Origin: Octopus sinensis
Taxonomy: Eukaryota
Assembly: GCF_006345805.1 (NCBI RefSeq)
Contig: NC_043002.1
Span: 102,796,001 to 102,860,000, forward strand
Direction: 5' to 3'
Length of the DNA: 64,000 nt
The notes under the pieces are model-generated. The model was not told the DNA's origin and ran no database searches. It saw nothing but the letters and a program-made list of their open reading frames with translations. Shown piece after piece: positions 1-13,537 of the stretch. Both the position numbers and the translations under genes were made by a program. Numbering within the stretch: the stretch's first letter is position 1; each line of letters begins with the position of its first letter.

Positions 1-680
1 GTATGCAAAGATACTCAGTTCGGCTACGCTACAATCATTCTTTTATTTCATAAAATGTTTGTGTTGCGTCCACAAAACATTAATTTAACATTAATTTAAT
101 CGTATTTCTAGCAGTTCTCACAACAAGCTATGTCTTTATAACTTTGAACTCAAAGTTATTGGAATTTACAGCAATGCTAAATGAATGTTTAATATCTTTA
201 TTATTCAATTAATGAGCTAATGATATAATTAATTAACTGATTAATTAATTAAATTGATAATTAGAAATATTTTGATAGTATGCTGATTCAGCTAACGCCG
301 CATATTGTAAAACAAAATTTTTGTTTTAAATCTCGTTGCTGTGCCGATTGTGCAATAATCTCTATGACGTTTTGTAAAATCTTATTCAGTCTCTGAATGT
401 GTGAACAGAAGACGGTATCGGCATACAGTCTCTCCCATTAGAAATAAACGAGCAAATATTTTAAAGATGGCTGCCATTGATAATTTGTAATATATATATG
501 TGAATTTCTAAATCATTCTGAGTTTAATCAATCAAATTCTTTATACATACATACACACGCACACAAATATGCGTAATATAGGTACATATAAAAATACATG
601 TTTATAAATACCTGTGTGTCTATGGAGCAATATATATATACATACATATATATATATATATATTATATATATATATATAT

Positions 681-894
681 AGATCGCCATGTTGATTCGT
701 TAGCTACTGCACGCATTTTTTTTCTCTCCTTCTTTCTGTGTTTTTTTTTCTCTCTGTGTATTTTTCTGTTGAAGAGCGTAGGCTCGAAACGTTAAAGACT
801 TGTTTTATTTATATTTCCTGAGCGCCATACTAATACAATTGTTCGCTTGTTTTCCACCTGCCTTCGTCTTTTGTCTATTTTCATAAAGCTTCCC
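681..894 (+). mobile_element. Short interspersed repeat family P1, probably a PLE terminal fragment; copy 1
   Basis: Homologous to the reverse complement of 43678-43955 and 29625-29719; flanked by (TA)n; contains the hammerhead-like string CTGTTGA-A-GAG-cgtagg-CTC-GAAAC. Confidence 0.6.
756..792 (+). ncRNA. Degenerate minimal hammerhead-like motif
   Basis: CTGTTGA A GAG cgtagg CTC GAAAC GT: stem II GAG/CTC and GAAAC present; core A6 is U and no stem I is visible. Confidence 0.25.
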
Positions 895-914
895 TATATA
901 TATATATATTATAT

Positions 915-950
<36 letters not shown>

Positions 951-1609
951 CGTACATAGACACACATATATGTATATATACACACCCATTCATACATATA
1001 TAATAGTGATTCAACACAAATGGAAGTAGTTTTCCACTGGTAAAATTACATGAGCGTTTACTAAAGATGTCGACATGCGCACAGGCACTCATGCGCATGT
1101 ATATTTTGTATGTGTGTGTATTTTTGTGTGTTAAAAGGTCTTATGAGATTCTCATGTATAACGTCTGTGCTAATATCAACGAGTTGCATTTTGTAAATCT
1201 CTTTTCTTTCATCGTTTTCTATTGAAGACAAATCAGGTGACACAGCTATAAACTAATATATTTTAGCAGAATCTGTAAATCGAATATGATTTCAATTGTT
1301 CCTTATGAAAGATATACGATTAATCCTACACTCCACATTTATATTGTATGTCTGCCTTTCTTGGACAGAGTCATTTATAGTTATTGCATTTACTATTTAG
1401 AAAAAATATGTATAAACCTCAAAGCAAAAACATTTAATGCGTAGCATTAATGTATACAAAGAAGACTGTATTATCTTAATAAATTCTTTTTTAAAAGGAG
1501 AAATATGGTTTATATTTTTAGCAGGAAGAGCATCCATACTTGAAGACTGGTTACGTGTAAACCGGGCAAGAGGAAGCGTTTTCTAGAAGATGGCCTCATG
1601 AGCCAAATC

Positions 1610-1611
<2 letters not shown>

Positions 1612-1681
<70 letters not shown>

Positions 1682-1711
1682 TATTATTATTGTTGTTGTT
1701 ATTGTTGTTAC

Positions 1712-1775
<64 letters not shown>
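1612..1775. repeat. (ATT)n microsatellite
   Basis: Directly visible trinucleotide run. Confidence 0.95.
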
Positions 1776-2367
1776 GCTTTTGAACAGCTTTTAATGCTGG
1801 AGAGTACTACAGTGTCAGCTGTTCACTACCAGCGAACTAAGGTAACACCTCTTATTTTTCGAGCACCTTACGGAGAATTCGAACGGTTACAAGCAGTATT
1901 ATTTTCTGCAAGCGTTCCACCCTAACTGCAGCCCCTATTTGTTCCACTTACTTTTCGAGACTTTTGCTTACTGTTCCCAAGCCGCCGACAATTATTGATA
2001 CTACAGCTACCTTTTTCATCGACCACAACTGGTTAACTTCCCAAGCTAACCTGTCATATCTTTCAACTTTTCTTTCTTCCTTGTTGCATAACTAGTTGTC
2101 AGCAGGGCATGCTATAGCCATGATTCAGCATAGTTTGTTTTCTTTCTCAACTAAGACTATGTCTGGCTTCCTATTCTCTATCTCATGATCGCACTGAATC
2201 ATAAAATCCCATAGGATTTTTGCATTTCTATTTTCGACGATACCTTCAGCTTTGTGGACGTACTAACATTTTGCTCTCTCAAGTCTATACTTGTTGCAAA
2301 GTGTCCAATTGATAAGCCTGGCTATATTGTCGTGGCCTCTCTTATATTCCTGCTGGGCTAGTGGCGT
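1776..2367 (-). mobile_element. 5'-truncated R4/Dong-like (RLE) LINE 3' fragment, decayed
   Basis: Minus strand translates with stops as LAQQEYKRGHDNIARLINW...KILWDFMIQCDHEIENRKPDIVLVEKENK...KVERYDRLAWEVNQLWSMKKVAVVSIIVGGLG, an RLE domain; both ends abut TAA/ATT runs. Confidence 0.85.
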
Positions 2368-2390
2368 AATTATTATTATTAATATTATTT

Positions 2391-4620
2391 ATGGGTTTTT
2401 CTTCTTCTTTCAAATTTGCTTCCATTTCTTGCCGAGTGTCTTCCCGACTCCTAGGGCAAAGAAAATCATAGTATACATTGGTAGGCCATTAAACTAAACT
2501 CACTAGTTCGTTCGTTTTTTTTTTTGATAGAAATAAATTTAATTTAAAATACATGGGTAATAATAGTTCTCACATCGACAATGCTCTTCTCAATACGTGT
2601 GATGTACCAGTTAAGACAATCTTTTGCACTTCTTGCAAGGGATGGTAAGCCACGGATCATTCTCATATAATTTTCGGTTCCCTTCTTGATCATTCCTAGT
2701 GCTCCTACGATCACTGGTATTGTAACCGCCTTGAGATGCCACATTTTCTTAATTTCAATGAGCAGGTCTTTATATTTTCTGAGCTTGTCAAATTCTTTCG
2801 CCGGGATATTATGATCACAGGGGATGCTCATGTCGATCAATAAGCAAACTTTATTGCTTTGGTCTTTCACAACAATCTCCGGTTTATTGGCTTTGATGGT
2901 TGGGTCTGTATGTACTGGAAAGTCCCACAGAATCGTTACATTTTCTCCTTCAGTTACAGCTTCAGGGTGGTGATTATACCACTTGTCGGCAGTTTTGATA
3001 TTGTAATGCCGACTTATTAGCCAGTGTAGATAATGGCCAACTCTGTCATGTCTTAATTTATACTCCACTGGGGCTAAGACTTTACATCCAGAGATTAGGT
3101 GTTCCACTGTTTCAATCATGTCGATGCAGAATCGGCATTTTGGGTTTGCTCCATTTTTCATCACATTGGCCTGGTAGTTCCAGGTAAATAGGCTTTGATC
3201 TTGAGCAGCCAGGATGAAACCTTCGCTCTCTGCTTTTAGCCCTGAGCTCCGTAGCCACTGTTGGGTTTGCTTCTGGTCAACATCAGCTTGTTTGCGATCG
3301 GCCACATATTTGCCGTGCAGAGTTTTCTCCTCCCACCTATCAGCCAATTGCTCGTGCGGTTTTTTCGTTGCCATTATTTTCACCTTCTTTGCAACAATAG
3401 TTGCCGTACTTCCCTCGGGTTGTTCAGTTTGGGTATCCTGCACGAGATCAATAGCAATTTTTTTGCTTTTCTTTATGATAGAATGAAGCTTCTTTCGTCT
3501 CTCGTGACTTTCCACGAGCTTTAGCAACCAGTCATTCGTTATTTCAAGATATTTGGCAAATCCAATTGTGGTTGTTTTGTAAGCTAGTTCAAATTGGATC
3601 AGGCCTCGACATCCTTGGGCTCTGGGAAGGTAAAGGCGATCTACGTCTGCCTTTGGGTGGTGCATCCTATTACAACTCAGCAGCTTGCGTATTTTCCTAT
3701 CTATATTCTTTACTTCACTCATATTCCAGTTCAACACATTGTAGCTATAAGTAACAACTGGAACTGCTAAGGAACTTATAGCTAACACCTTGTTATGTGC
3801 ATTTAGTTCAGATTTCAGGACTGATCGAACTCTCCTATAACATTCCTTCCTGATTTTCTCTTTCATGCTTACATGCTGATGAATACCAGAGCCTTCATTT
3901 ATCCCTAAATATTTGTATGTTTGTTCTTGCTCAAGCTCTCTTATGACTGTGTCAACATCTAACACGACTGAAAGTGGCCTTGGCACAATTCTCAAGCCCA
4001 AACTCCATCCCGATGTCATCGCTGAATGCTTTCACATTATCGTCTTTACCATAGAGTTTTAAGTCATCCATATAAAATAGATGACTTATTTTTTTATTGA
4101 CAATTTTATACCCATACCCTGTTCTGTTTAATTCACTTGTAAGGGGTATTAGGGCTATGCAGAATATTAGAGGTGAAAATGAGTCACCTTGAAAAATGCC
4201 ACAGTTGATGTTTATATTCTCTGAGGCAAGTACTCCATTAGAGTGGTATAAATGGTGATTCGTATTCCACAACGACAGATTGTGCTTTAGGAAGCTTGAA
4301 ATCACAGGGGAAATTTTGAAGATGTCCAGCTATTTCAAGATCCATGAATGCGTTATACTGTCGAAGGCCTTTTTATAGTCAATCCATGCGGAGCTGAGAT
4401 TTCTGCGCATTTTGTGACAGTTCTCAAGGATCATACGATTAATTAGCAGTTGATCTTTGCATCCGTATGAGCCTCGGCGGCAGCCTTTTTGTTCGATGGG
4501 GTCTCCATGAATGCACATGTTTTCTCCGCCAGGATAGATGTTAGGATTTTATACGTGGTGGATAAACAAGTTATAGGCCGATAGATTTTTGGAAGTTTGG
4601 TTTCGTTATTCTTTGGGAGT
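2391..4620 (-). mobile_element. 5'-truncated R4/Dong-like non-LTR retrotransposon with 3' UTR
   Basis: RT, CCHC and RLE motifs spread over four frames; 3' UTR shares a ttgccctag...cggca motif with the copy at 9935-10570; (TAA)n at both ends. Confidence 0.92.
2544..4620 (-). pseudogene. Frameshifted RT-RLE polyprotein of R4/Dong-like LINE
   Basis: [106 protein letters not shown]. Confidence 0.9.
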
Positions 4621-4628
4621 ATTATTAA

Positions 4629-4719
<91 letters not shown>

Positions 4720-4720
4720 T

Positions 4721-4795
<75 letters not shown>
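4621..4795. repeat. (ATT)n microsatellite
   Basis: Directly visible. Confidence 0.95.
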
Positions 4796-4797
<2 letters not shown>

Positions 4798-4889
4798 CTC
4801 TTCCCCTATCTATTGGTGACTTCAAGTTGACTAATTTTTGTAAGAGCAAAAAAAATATGAAAACTTGGCTACAGACATTACGCAATTCA

Positions 4890-5300
4890 GTTGGGAAATA
4901 CGCATAAAATTTGGTTGAGAAAATGCGTCAAAGGTATTTTCCCTAGAGGCGATTAAATAAATGAAAAAACACTATTATCATGTTACCTAAAGAAACAGAA
5001 TAGAGATAATTAAATCAAAAACAAACTTGTAAATACTTAGGAATTAATGAAGTAGACAAGATTGGCCAATGAAAGAAATGTTAGGATGGTGTATTTTACA
5101 CGCATGATAAATACTTAATACAGAATTAAATGTTAATACAAAGCTAATAATCATCAGTTCTATAGCCCTTGCTGTAATACCTAATTTGGAATAGTCTCAA
5201 TTGAAATTAAGTGAATTAGAAACACTGGAGAAGAAAACAATTACAGAGTTTAGAATATGTTCCGCAAAATCTGATATACAATTATTATACTAGCCACGCA
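4890..5300 (+). mobile_element. Heavily decayed R4/Dong-like RT C-terminal fragment
   Basis: Remnants IKFG*ENA.. (cf. MEFGLENCAK), QKQTCKYLGINE (cf. QTYKYLGINE) and TELNVNTKLIIISSIA (cf. SELNAHNKVLAISSLA). Confidence 0.45.
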
Positions 5301-6939
5301 GAGATTTAATCTTTGTGATTCGTTTGGAAAGTGCTTCGATGTACACCAATTTGGGTCATCTTTAGAGTCAGTGGAGTCCATCACTCACCAGGTTTCACTA
5401 AGCTGCCTTTTTCAGAAAATGAATGACAGATAGAGAAGAGAGAGAGGAAGGTATCATTTATCCTCATCTCAAATTTGCTATTTCATTAATCAACCCCTTG
5501 TGGCTGAAACAAAGTTTACACCCAGAACATTTGAACTAAAGGTTGCACACACACACACGGAACCTTATCGTAAGTGTATCTGATGTTGTGACGACTCAAC
5601 CAAGATGCTGCTACAACTACAACGACGTAAATATATTGTGCAAATAGGAAGAGGCCATGAAATATCTACTGTTAAAATAGGAGAACTATCTTGTCAATAG
5701 TTAGTCTTATTAATAGTGATATCTACATAAACTATAAAATCACAGCAGATTTTTTTTTAACTTTAAGAATATTAACAAAGGGGAAGAAAGATATAAAATC
5801 AGTGTAAAATATGCTAAAGGCAGAACTGTGTAATGTCAAAGTAAATCGATGACAGTAAAAAGCCAACATATCCAATATAGTAATAATAATAATAAAACAA
5901 AACTGAAGATGTAGATGGAGTACTGAGTAAAGACAATAAGCTCAACGGTAAAACCAAGCGTTATCATCATTCTTTTGTTGCTTCAGACAAGGAAAAAGAT
6001 GTAATGAAGAATATGAAATGTGCGTGTAGAACTTGCTGGGAATGAATAAATCATATCATTTCTAGGCGTAGAATCAGGAAGAGACTCGGGACTGTGTTGT
6101 TTGTACCTTCGCTATCGAACATGCTGTCTTGCCAGATAAACTGATGTTGCTGAGATATATCACCAAGGTATATCAAACAAATGACGTCACTGGTGATACT
6201 CCCAAAACCGAAAAAAATGAAAGTCAAGTGATTAATTTAATCTAGGAAGAACACGATGAAAATAAATCCAAGTAATCTTACGCTGGACAGTCTTAAGCCT
6301 TTGGCCAGCAGTTATACTGGATAATGTGAGGCAAAAATCAGGATCGACAGGGCCTGTCGGAATCCCATTCTAGAGCAAGAAAGAGTTCCCAACTTGGAGA
6401 TTAATGTTTTTAACTAAATGTCATTTCATTTCAACATTATCAATGTGGCAACTAAGTGTAATGTGCTGGAGTCGTGCGGCTCATAATCGAAAGTCAGGAT
6501 CATATAATACACTAGCATAAGATCCAAAAGCCCACAGATTTCCAATACCATGCAAAATAATCTTTAAAAATGCGTATATTTGCTGTATTTTCTTGGTTTC
6601 GTCTGACAACCTATTCGGTGCCCAGACGTTCAAGTATTGGCTACTTTCTCAAAATGATGTGCTGTAAAATAAGTAGTGTGCGGTTGCAAATCAAACTTCT
6701 TCGCCACACATCCAATTCGGCAGCCATATTAAGCAAATGATATTGACTAAAACGTCCATTGATTTCTTTGGACAATGGTTTATATTAGTTGTAAATGATT
6801 GAGAGTATTTTAAATTGATCTACAATTGTTTTTACACAGAATTGTATTGATCAAACCTGATTTCACCTCTAATGACTCATTTAAAGATCAAAGGCGCCAG
6901 ATGAAAATGATCATTGCCTAGATTATTTCCACATTTCAT

Positions 6940-6952
6940 AACAACAACAACA

Positions 6953-6987
<35 letters not shown>

Positions 6988-7002
6988 AACTACTACTACT
7001 AC

Positions 7003-7043
<41 letters not shown>

Positions 7044-7048
7044 TAATA

Positions 7049-7120
<72 letters not shown>

Positions 7121-7320
7121 TTAATAATAATAATAATAACGATAATAATAATAATAATAATAATAATAATATTAATAACAATGACAACAGCAACAGTAGT
7201 AGTAGTAGTAGTAATAATAATAATAATAATGATAACAATAATAATACCATATAATAATAGCAGAACCACTGCTGATGATAATGATGACGACGACGACAAG
7301 GGCGACAATAGCGGTGATGA
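6940..7320. repeat. Compound trinucleotide microsatellite (AAC/CTA/TAA/GAT/GTA)
   Basis: Directly visible. Confidence 0.9.
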
Positions 7321-9406
7321 TTATGAATGTACCACGGCGATCACTTTGAAAGTCTTTGACATTTAGTATATTAACACTGTATCCAAATATAACAAAAGAC
7401 GTTTTAACGGTTTACTGCGTTTTAACTGTCTATCAGAACAACGCAACTATACGTGTGTATGTGTTTGTGTGTCCGTGTGTGTGTGTGTGGTGTGTGTGTG
7501 TGTGTGTGTGTGTGCTTGTATGTCTGTGTGTAAATAAGTCTATATGTAAGTAAGTCTATATGTATGTTTGTACATAAGTATGTATGTGTACAATCAGTAA
7601 ACTTTCTACACTCGTTTCAGAAGACATAAATTATGAAAAGCTTGTGAAATATATATTGGGATTGTACGATGTCTAAAGCACTTGACTCTTGAGGTAGTGG
7701 AAAGCCCACATCTGTAGCACTCAATGCGAAAGTTTAAGGGAAGACATGATTGAAAAACTACCTTTCTTTTCCCTCTGTCACACACATATTTCTCTCTACC
7801 GTCCATCTTCGCTGTCCATCGTACACTTTCTAAACTCCACTCCGAAATGAGCTGTTCTGGAAGATTTAAAAAGCAAACTGTCAGTCACTAATCTCTCTCC
7901 CGTCAATCACTCACCATGGCTCAGCATTTATCGTTCACATTATGGAAACATATCTGCTCCCAGTTATTCACTTGCGGTAGTTTGCTTATTTGAGAAAATA
8001 TTTTTCATGCACCCATCAAGAATAGATCGACCTCGGTGATTTCGAATCTAATAGCAGTCACGTTCATTCTTTAACAATAATTTCCTTCGAGAAAGGGTAT
8101 CTTTTGCTACTCGCAAAATATTGCACCAATATTTTCCGACCATTAAGCACATTTTGAGACCGATTCGCAAACATTTCAAAAATCTCGAGCAATTTCACAT
8201 CATAAATCCTAAACTCTTTCAATCAGTAACTATTTCTGCACATATCGGATCATTAAAACACAGCTTTGTAGGAACAAGCCGAACGTACATTCAAGGGCTA
8301 CACAACGTCTTCCTCCTTTGGACCCCAATTCTTCTGATTGGCAGCGGCTCAGCCACTAGTCCCGGGAGTATATATTCTTCACCTTTTATTCAATGGAATC
8401 AGAAAATCGGATGACCGATACAATACGTTTCGGAATGTTCCAAAAATGAATTGACGACTCAAGGAGAGTATATATATTTTTGTACTCACGATTGTAGGGT
8501 GTGCATGGCAATTCGTTATTTACCGGATTTGAACAGGAGGCCATGTAAACTTGTAATTTAACAATCATTTATGATTATAGAAACGACAAGGTAAAAGTCA
8601 GTCACACCTATTCCCACAGGGTACTAGTTTCTCAATAGTAAATGCCAACCTGAAATTTGCGTGATGGCAGCTGCCATATTATTTCCCTCAAACCGTTACT
8701 GGAGATAGGTTTCAAACAGATAGTTTCATTACGAGAACTTTCAGCACAATTGAAGCATTGCAAATCCATTATTTTCAAAAGTGGATCACTGTGTATCCAT
8801 TCAATAGGTCGGTGAAATCTCGTATAGAGTAAACATTCTCGAACATTTTTGCACATGCCTGTATTAGGAAATGGTCATAGGTTTCCATTGTTCCCACTCA
8901 AGCGAGTTATAATATTTTCTATTCATGTCTACAACAATTGCAGACATTCAAACTGTAGTTCCTTTCAAACTTTCTGAAGCTCCCTCTTCCCCGGCAGCAA
9001 GCCACTCGCTTTGAGAATGGTATAGAATACAGCTAGCGGTGCTGATAATCTTGTGTTAGAATTGAATGTGTATATGCTTCAGTACGAAGCGTTAATCTAG
9101 TACAGAGCTGTAATAAATAAATTAGAATGACAAACGAAAAATAAATTGTGTTATGAATTTCAGTACTTTACAGCTGCTCTAACTAAAGAAGCAATGCAGT
9201 CACAGCGGGAATGCTTGTATATCGCTAAATAAATCTATTGGAGCTTCAAATACGATGTGCAATTGACGCTTGAAGTTCCGATACACAAACACTCCGCTAC
9301 GACTGCGTTACATTCTATAGCAGAAACAGCTGCAAGCTATTAAAGCTCAGGACTTAATTTTCTTACACCTATGTCATTTTAGATTTTTTTATACATACAT
9401 ATACAT

Positions 9407-9492
<86 letters not shown>

Positions 9493-9589
9493 AACTTAAA
9501 TAAACTTAGATAAACTTAGATATGTTTCGACCAAAGATTGGTCCAGGCCATGTCTAACTTAATAGCAAACAAAACATTCTACCGTTATT

Positions 9590-9620
<31 letters not shown>

Positions 9621-9637
9621 AAATAAAATATATATAT

Positions 9638-9639
<2 letters not shown>

Positions 9640-9671
<32 letters not shown>

Positions 9672-9676
9672 TAATA

Positions 9677-9767
<91 letters not shown>

Positions 9768-9835
9768 TAATAATAATAATAATAAAAATGATAATAATAA
9801 TAATAATAAATAATAATAATAATAATAATAATAAT

Positions 9836-9872
<37 letters not shown>

Positions 9873-9934
9873 TTAATAATAATAATAATATTAATAATAA
9901 TAATTATAATAATAATAATAATAATAATAATAAT
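9640..9934. repeat. (TAA)n microsatellite
   Basis: Directly visible. Confidence 0.95.
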
Positions 9935-10570
9935 CGCCACGATAGGGTAGGACAGTATATACATTGGAAGATATGTAAACACTACAAATCCGACACTCCT
10001 GCTAACTGGTATGAACACCATCCTCAGCCAGTTGTTGAAGGTAAAGATGTCACCATCCTCTGGGATTTTCCAGTCAACACTGACAGAACGATCAAGGCTA
10101 ATCGACCAGACATAATTGTTAAAGACAGGGAAGAAAATACCTGCAGACTAATAGAAGTAAGCGTCCCCACTGATAAAAATGTATCTGTCAAGGAATTTGA
10201 CAAACTTAGTAAATATAAGGACCTGGAAATCGAAATACAGAGGATGTGGAATCTTAAAACAAAACTGTTCCTGTTATTGTAGGTGCCCTAGGTATGATAA
10301 AAAAGGGATGTCAGAAACACCTAGACAATATCCCTGGAAAACCATGTCTCAAGGAAATCCAAAAGATTGTGCTAACAAGTACTGCCCACATCCTTAGAAA
10401 AACCCTATCAATGTAAATGTTTGTGTTTGTATTACATGGAGATATTTCTCTACTTCCCCTCCCCAAGCTTTCAGCTATATTTCAACAACTCTTAACCTTC
10501 ACTTGCCCTAGTGCGCTGGGTGTGCCCCGGCAGGTGATTGCATCAAACATGCAGATTAAAAGTAAATGAC
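9935..10570 (+). mobile_element. 5'-truncated R4/Dong-like LINE 3' end (RLE domain plus 3' UTR)
   Basis: RHDRVGQYIHWKICKHY...ILWDFPVNTDRTIKANRPDIIVKD...IEVSVP..KLSKYKDL; one frameshift near 10262; (TAA)n on both sides. Confidence 0.92.
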
Positions 10571-10606
<36 letters not shown>

Positions 10607-10608
<2 letters not shown>

Positions 10609-10755
10609 GGGTAAAATTAATTAACTAATTAATAATTAATAATTCCACCAAGTAGTGATTCGGCATGTAAAAGACCATTATCGGTAAATTTAAACAATAT
10701 TTATTATAATAAGGGTTAGGCAGTGTGGTGAAGCAAATTCTTTTGCCTAACCCTT

Positions 10756-10764
<9 letters not shown>
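10607..10764. mobile_element. Snap-back repeat family, short copy; probably PLE-related
   Basis: Shares aagggt.aaattaattaa...caccaagtagt..ttcggcatgtaaaa with 25436; ends in a 21-bp inverted repeat (10702-10722/10744-10764) followed by (TA)n. Confidence 0.55.
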
Positions 10765-10811
<47 letters not shown>

Positions 10812-11067
10812 AGTTTAACAATTAAGGATAATCTCTTAATAAGGGATCTTAACAAGAAATTATCAGGTAGCTAGCGTGAAAACCTCATAAAAGAAAAGAA
10901 TCCGAAAATAATTTTTTTCTTCTGAACAAATTAATATATCTATATTGTATAGAGGGCATTATAACATAAATGCCTCACACTAGGAGGGACAGAGTCATTA
11001 CTACCAAAATTATACTAATCATACCCAAATGCAGTTTTTCAAAGCAAGACATTTAAAAATGAATTAT

Positions 11068-11122
11068 GTTCTGTATCACCGTGATTTCACATACAACTTG
11101 GTCTAATGATCGTCAGCAGAAC
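11068..11122 (-). ncRNA. Type I hammerhead ribozyme, array copy 1 (1-nt deletion in stem II loop)
   Basis: GTTCTG-CTGACGA-stem II-GAAA-TCAC G GTGA-TA-CAGAAC on the minus strand. Confidence 0.6.
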
Positions 11123-11535
11123 TGATTCTGAATACATCATAAATAACTAACCTTACGTAGCGAAGACGAACAGACAACTGCTCACTCCGGCCAGCACATG
11201 GAATGTTTATAAATCATATATCCGGTAAATGGCGGGCTTTTTACGAACTGCATGTCGGGTAATGAAAAGTATTTCGGAATAAGTTTAACAATTAAGGATA
11301 ATCTCTTAATAAGGGATCTAACAAGAAATTAAGGTAGCTAGCGTGGAAAACCTCATAAAAGAAAAGAATCCGAAAATAATTTTTTTCTTCTGAACAATTA
11401 ATTATATCTATATGTATAGAGGCATTATTATACATAAATGCCTCACACTAGGCGGGACAGAGTCATTACTACCAAAATTATACTAATCATACCCAAATGC
11501 AGTTTTTCAAAGCAAGACATTTAAAAATGAATTAT

Positions 11536-11591
11536 GTTCTGTATCACCGTGATTTCACATACAACTTGCGTCTAATGATCGTCAGCAGAAC
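11536..11591 (-). ncRNA. Type I hammerhead ribozyme, array copy 2
   Basis: Stem I GUUCUG/CAGAAC, core CUGACGA and GAAA, stem II CAU/AUG plus GAC-GCAA-GUU cap, stem III AUCAC/GUGAU, AUA cleavage triplet. Confidence 0.7.
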
Positions 11592-12010
11592 TGATTCTGA
11601 ATACATCATAAATTAAACTAACCTTACGTAGCGAAGACGAACAGACAACTGCTCACTCCGGCCAAGCACATGGAATGTTTATAAATCATATATCCGGTAA
11701 ATGGCGGGTTTTTACGAACTGCATGTCGGGTAATGAAAAGTATTTCGGAATAAGTTTAACAATTAAGGATAATCTCTTAATAAGGGATCTAACAAGAAAT
11801 TATCAGGTAGCTAGCGTGAAAACCTCATAAAAGAAAAGAATCCGAAAATAATTTTTTTCTTCTGAACAAATTAATTATATCTATATTGTATAGAGGGCAT
11901 TATTATACATAAATGCCTCACACTAGGAGGGACAGAGTCATTACTACCAAAATTATACTAATCATACCCAAATGCAGTTTTTCAAAGCAAGACATTTAAA
12001 AATGAATTAT

Positions 12011-12066
12011 GTTCTGTATCACCGTGATTTCACATACAACTTGCGTCTAATGATCGTCAGCAGAAC
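12011..12066 (-). ncRNA. Type I hammerhead ribozyme, array copy 3
   Basis: Same 56-nt sequence as copy 2. Confidence 0.7.
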
Positions 12067-12483
12067 TGATTCTGAATACATCATAAATAAACTAACCTAC
12101 GTAGCGAAGACGAACAGACAACTGCTCACTCCGGCCAAGCACATGGAATGTTTATAAATCATATATCCGGTAAATGGCGGGCTTTTTACGAACTGCATGT
12201 CGGGTAATGAAAAGTATTTCGGAATAAGTTTAACAATTAAGGATAATCTCTTAATAAGGGATCTTAACAAGAAATTATCAGGTAGCTAGCGTGAAAACCT
12301 CATAAAAGAAAAGAATCCGAAAATAATTTTTTTCTTCTGAACAAATTAATTATATCTATATTGTATAGAGGGCATATTATACATAAATGCCTCACACTAG
12401 GAGGGACAGAGTCATTACTACCAAAATATACTAATCATACCCAAATGCAGTTTTTCAAAGCAAGACATTTAAAAATGAATTAT

Positions 12484-12539
12484 GTTCTGTATCACCGTGA
12501 TTTCACATACAACTTGCGTCTAATGATCGTCAGCAGAAC
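12484..12539 (-). ncRNA. Type I hammerhead ribozyme, array copy 4
   Basis: Same 56-nt sequence as copy 2. Confidence 0.7.
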
Positions 12540-12955
12540 TGATTTGAATACATCATAAATAAACTAACCTTACGTAGCGAAGACGAAAGACAACTGCTCA
12601 CTCCGGCCAAGCACATGGAATGTTTATAAATCATATATCCGGTAAATGGCGGGCTTTTTACGAACTGCATGTCGGGTAATGAAAAGTATTTCGGAATAAG
12701 TTTAACAATAAGGATAATCTCTTAATAAGGGATCTTAACAAGAAATTATCAGGTAGCTAGCGTGAAAACCTCATAAAAGAAAAGAATCCGAAAATAATTT
12801 TTTTCTTCTGAACAAATTAATTATATCTATATTGTATAGAGGCATTATTATACATAAATGCCTCACACTAGGAGGGACAGAGTCATTACTACCAAAATTA
12901 TACTAATCATACCCAAATGCAGTTTTTCAAAGCAAGACATTTAAAAATGAATTAT

Positions 12956-13011
12956 GTTCTGTATCACCGTGATTTCACATACAACTTGCGTCTAATGATC
13001 GTCAGCAGAAC
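12956..13011 (-). ncRNA. Type I hammerhead ribozyme, array copy 5 (at the inversion junction)
   Basis: Same 56-nt sequence as copy 2. Confidence 0.7.
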
Positions 13012-13481
13012 TGATTCTGAATACATCATAAAGTTGTATGTGAAATCACGGTGATACAGAACATAATTCATTTTTAAATGTCTTGCTTTGAAAAACTGCA
13101 TTTGGGTATGATTAGTATAATTTTGGTAGTAATGACTCTGTCCCTCCTAGTGTGAGGCATTTATGTATAATAATGCCCTCTATACAATATAGATATAATT
13201 AATTTGTTCAGAAGAAAAAAATATTTTCGGATTCTTTTCTTTTATGAGGTTTTCACGCTAGCTACCTGATAATTTCTTGTTAAGATCCCTTATTAAGAGA
13301 TTATCCTTAATTGTTAAACTTATTCCGAAATACTTTTCATTACCCGACATGCAGTTCGTAAAAAGCCCGCCATTTACCGGATATATGATTTATAAACATT
13401 CCATGTGCTTGGCCGGAGTGAGCAGTTGTCTGTTCGTCTTCGCTACGTAAGGTTAGTTTATTTATGATGTATTCAGAATCA

Positions 13482-13537
13482 GTTCTGCTGACGATCATTA
13501 GACGCAAGTTGTATGTGAAATCACGGTGATACAGAAC
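13482..13537 (+). ncRNA. Type I hammerhead ribozyme, inverted-arm copy
   Basis: gttctg CTGACGA tcattagacgcaagttgtatgt GAAA tcacggtga TA cagaac; predicted cleavage after 13531. Confidence 0.7.

Noticed and set aside
8482-8560. Minus-strand donor GTGAGT with peptide MASCSNPVNNELPCTPYN; similar isolated donors at ~5385, 16678 and 31400
   Set aside because: Isolated splice-like motifs are expected by chance and no consistent exon chain could be built.
10811-11750. Unit-to-unit differences in the array as evidence of divergence or age
   Set aside because: They are mostly 1-3 nt indels in homopolymers or short repeats, a pattern typical of long-read consensus error.
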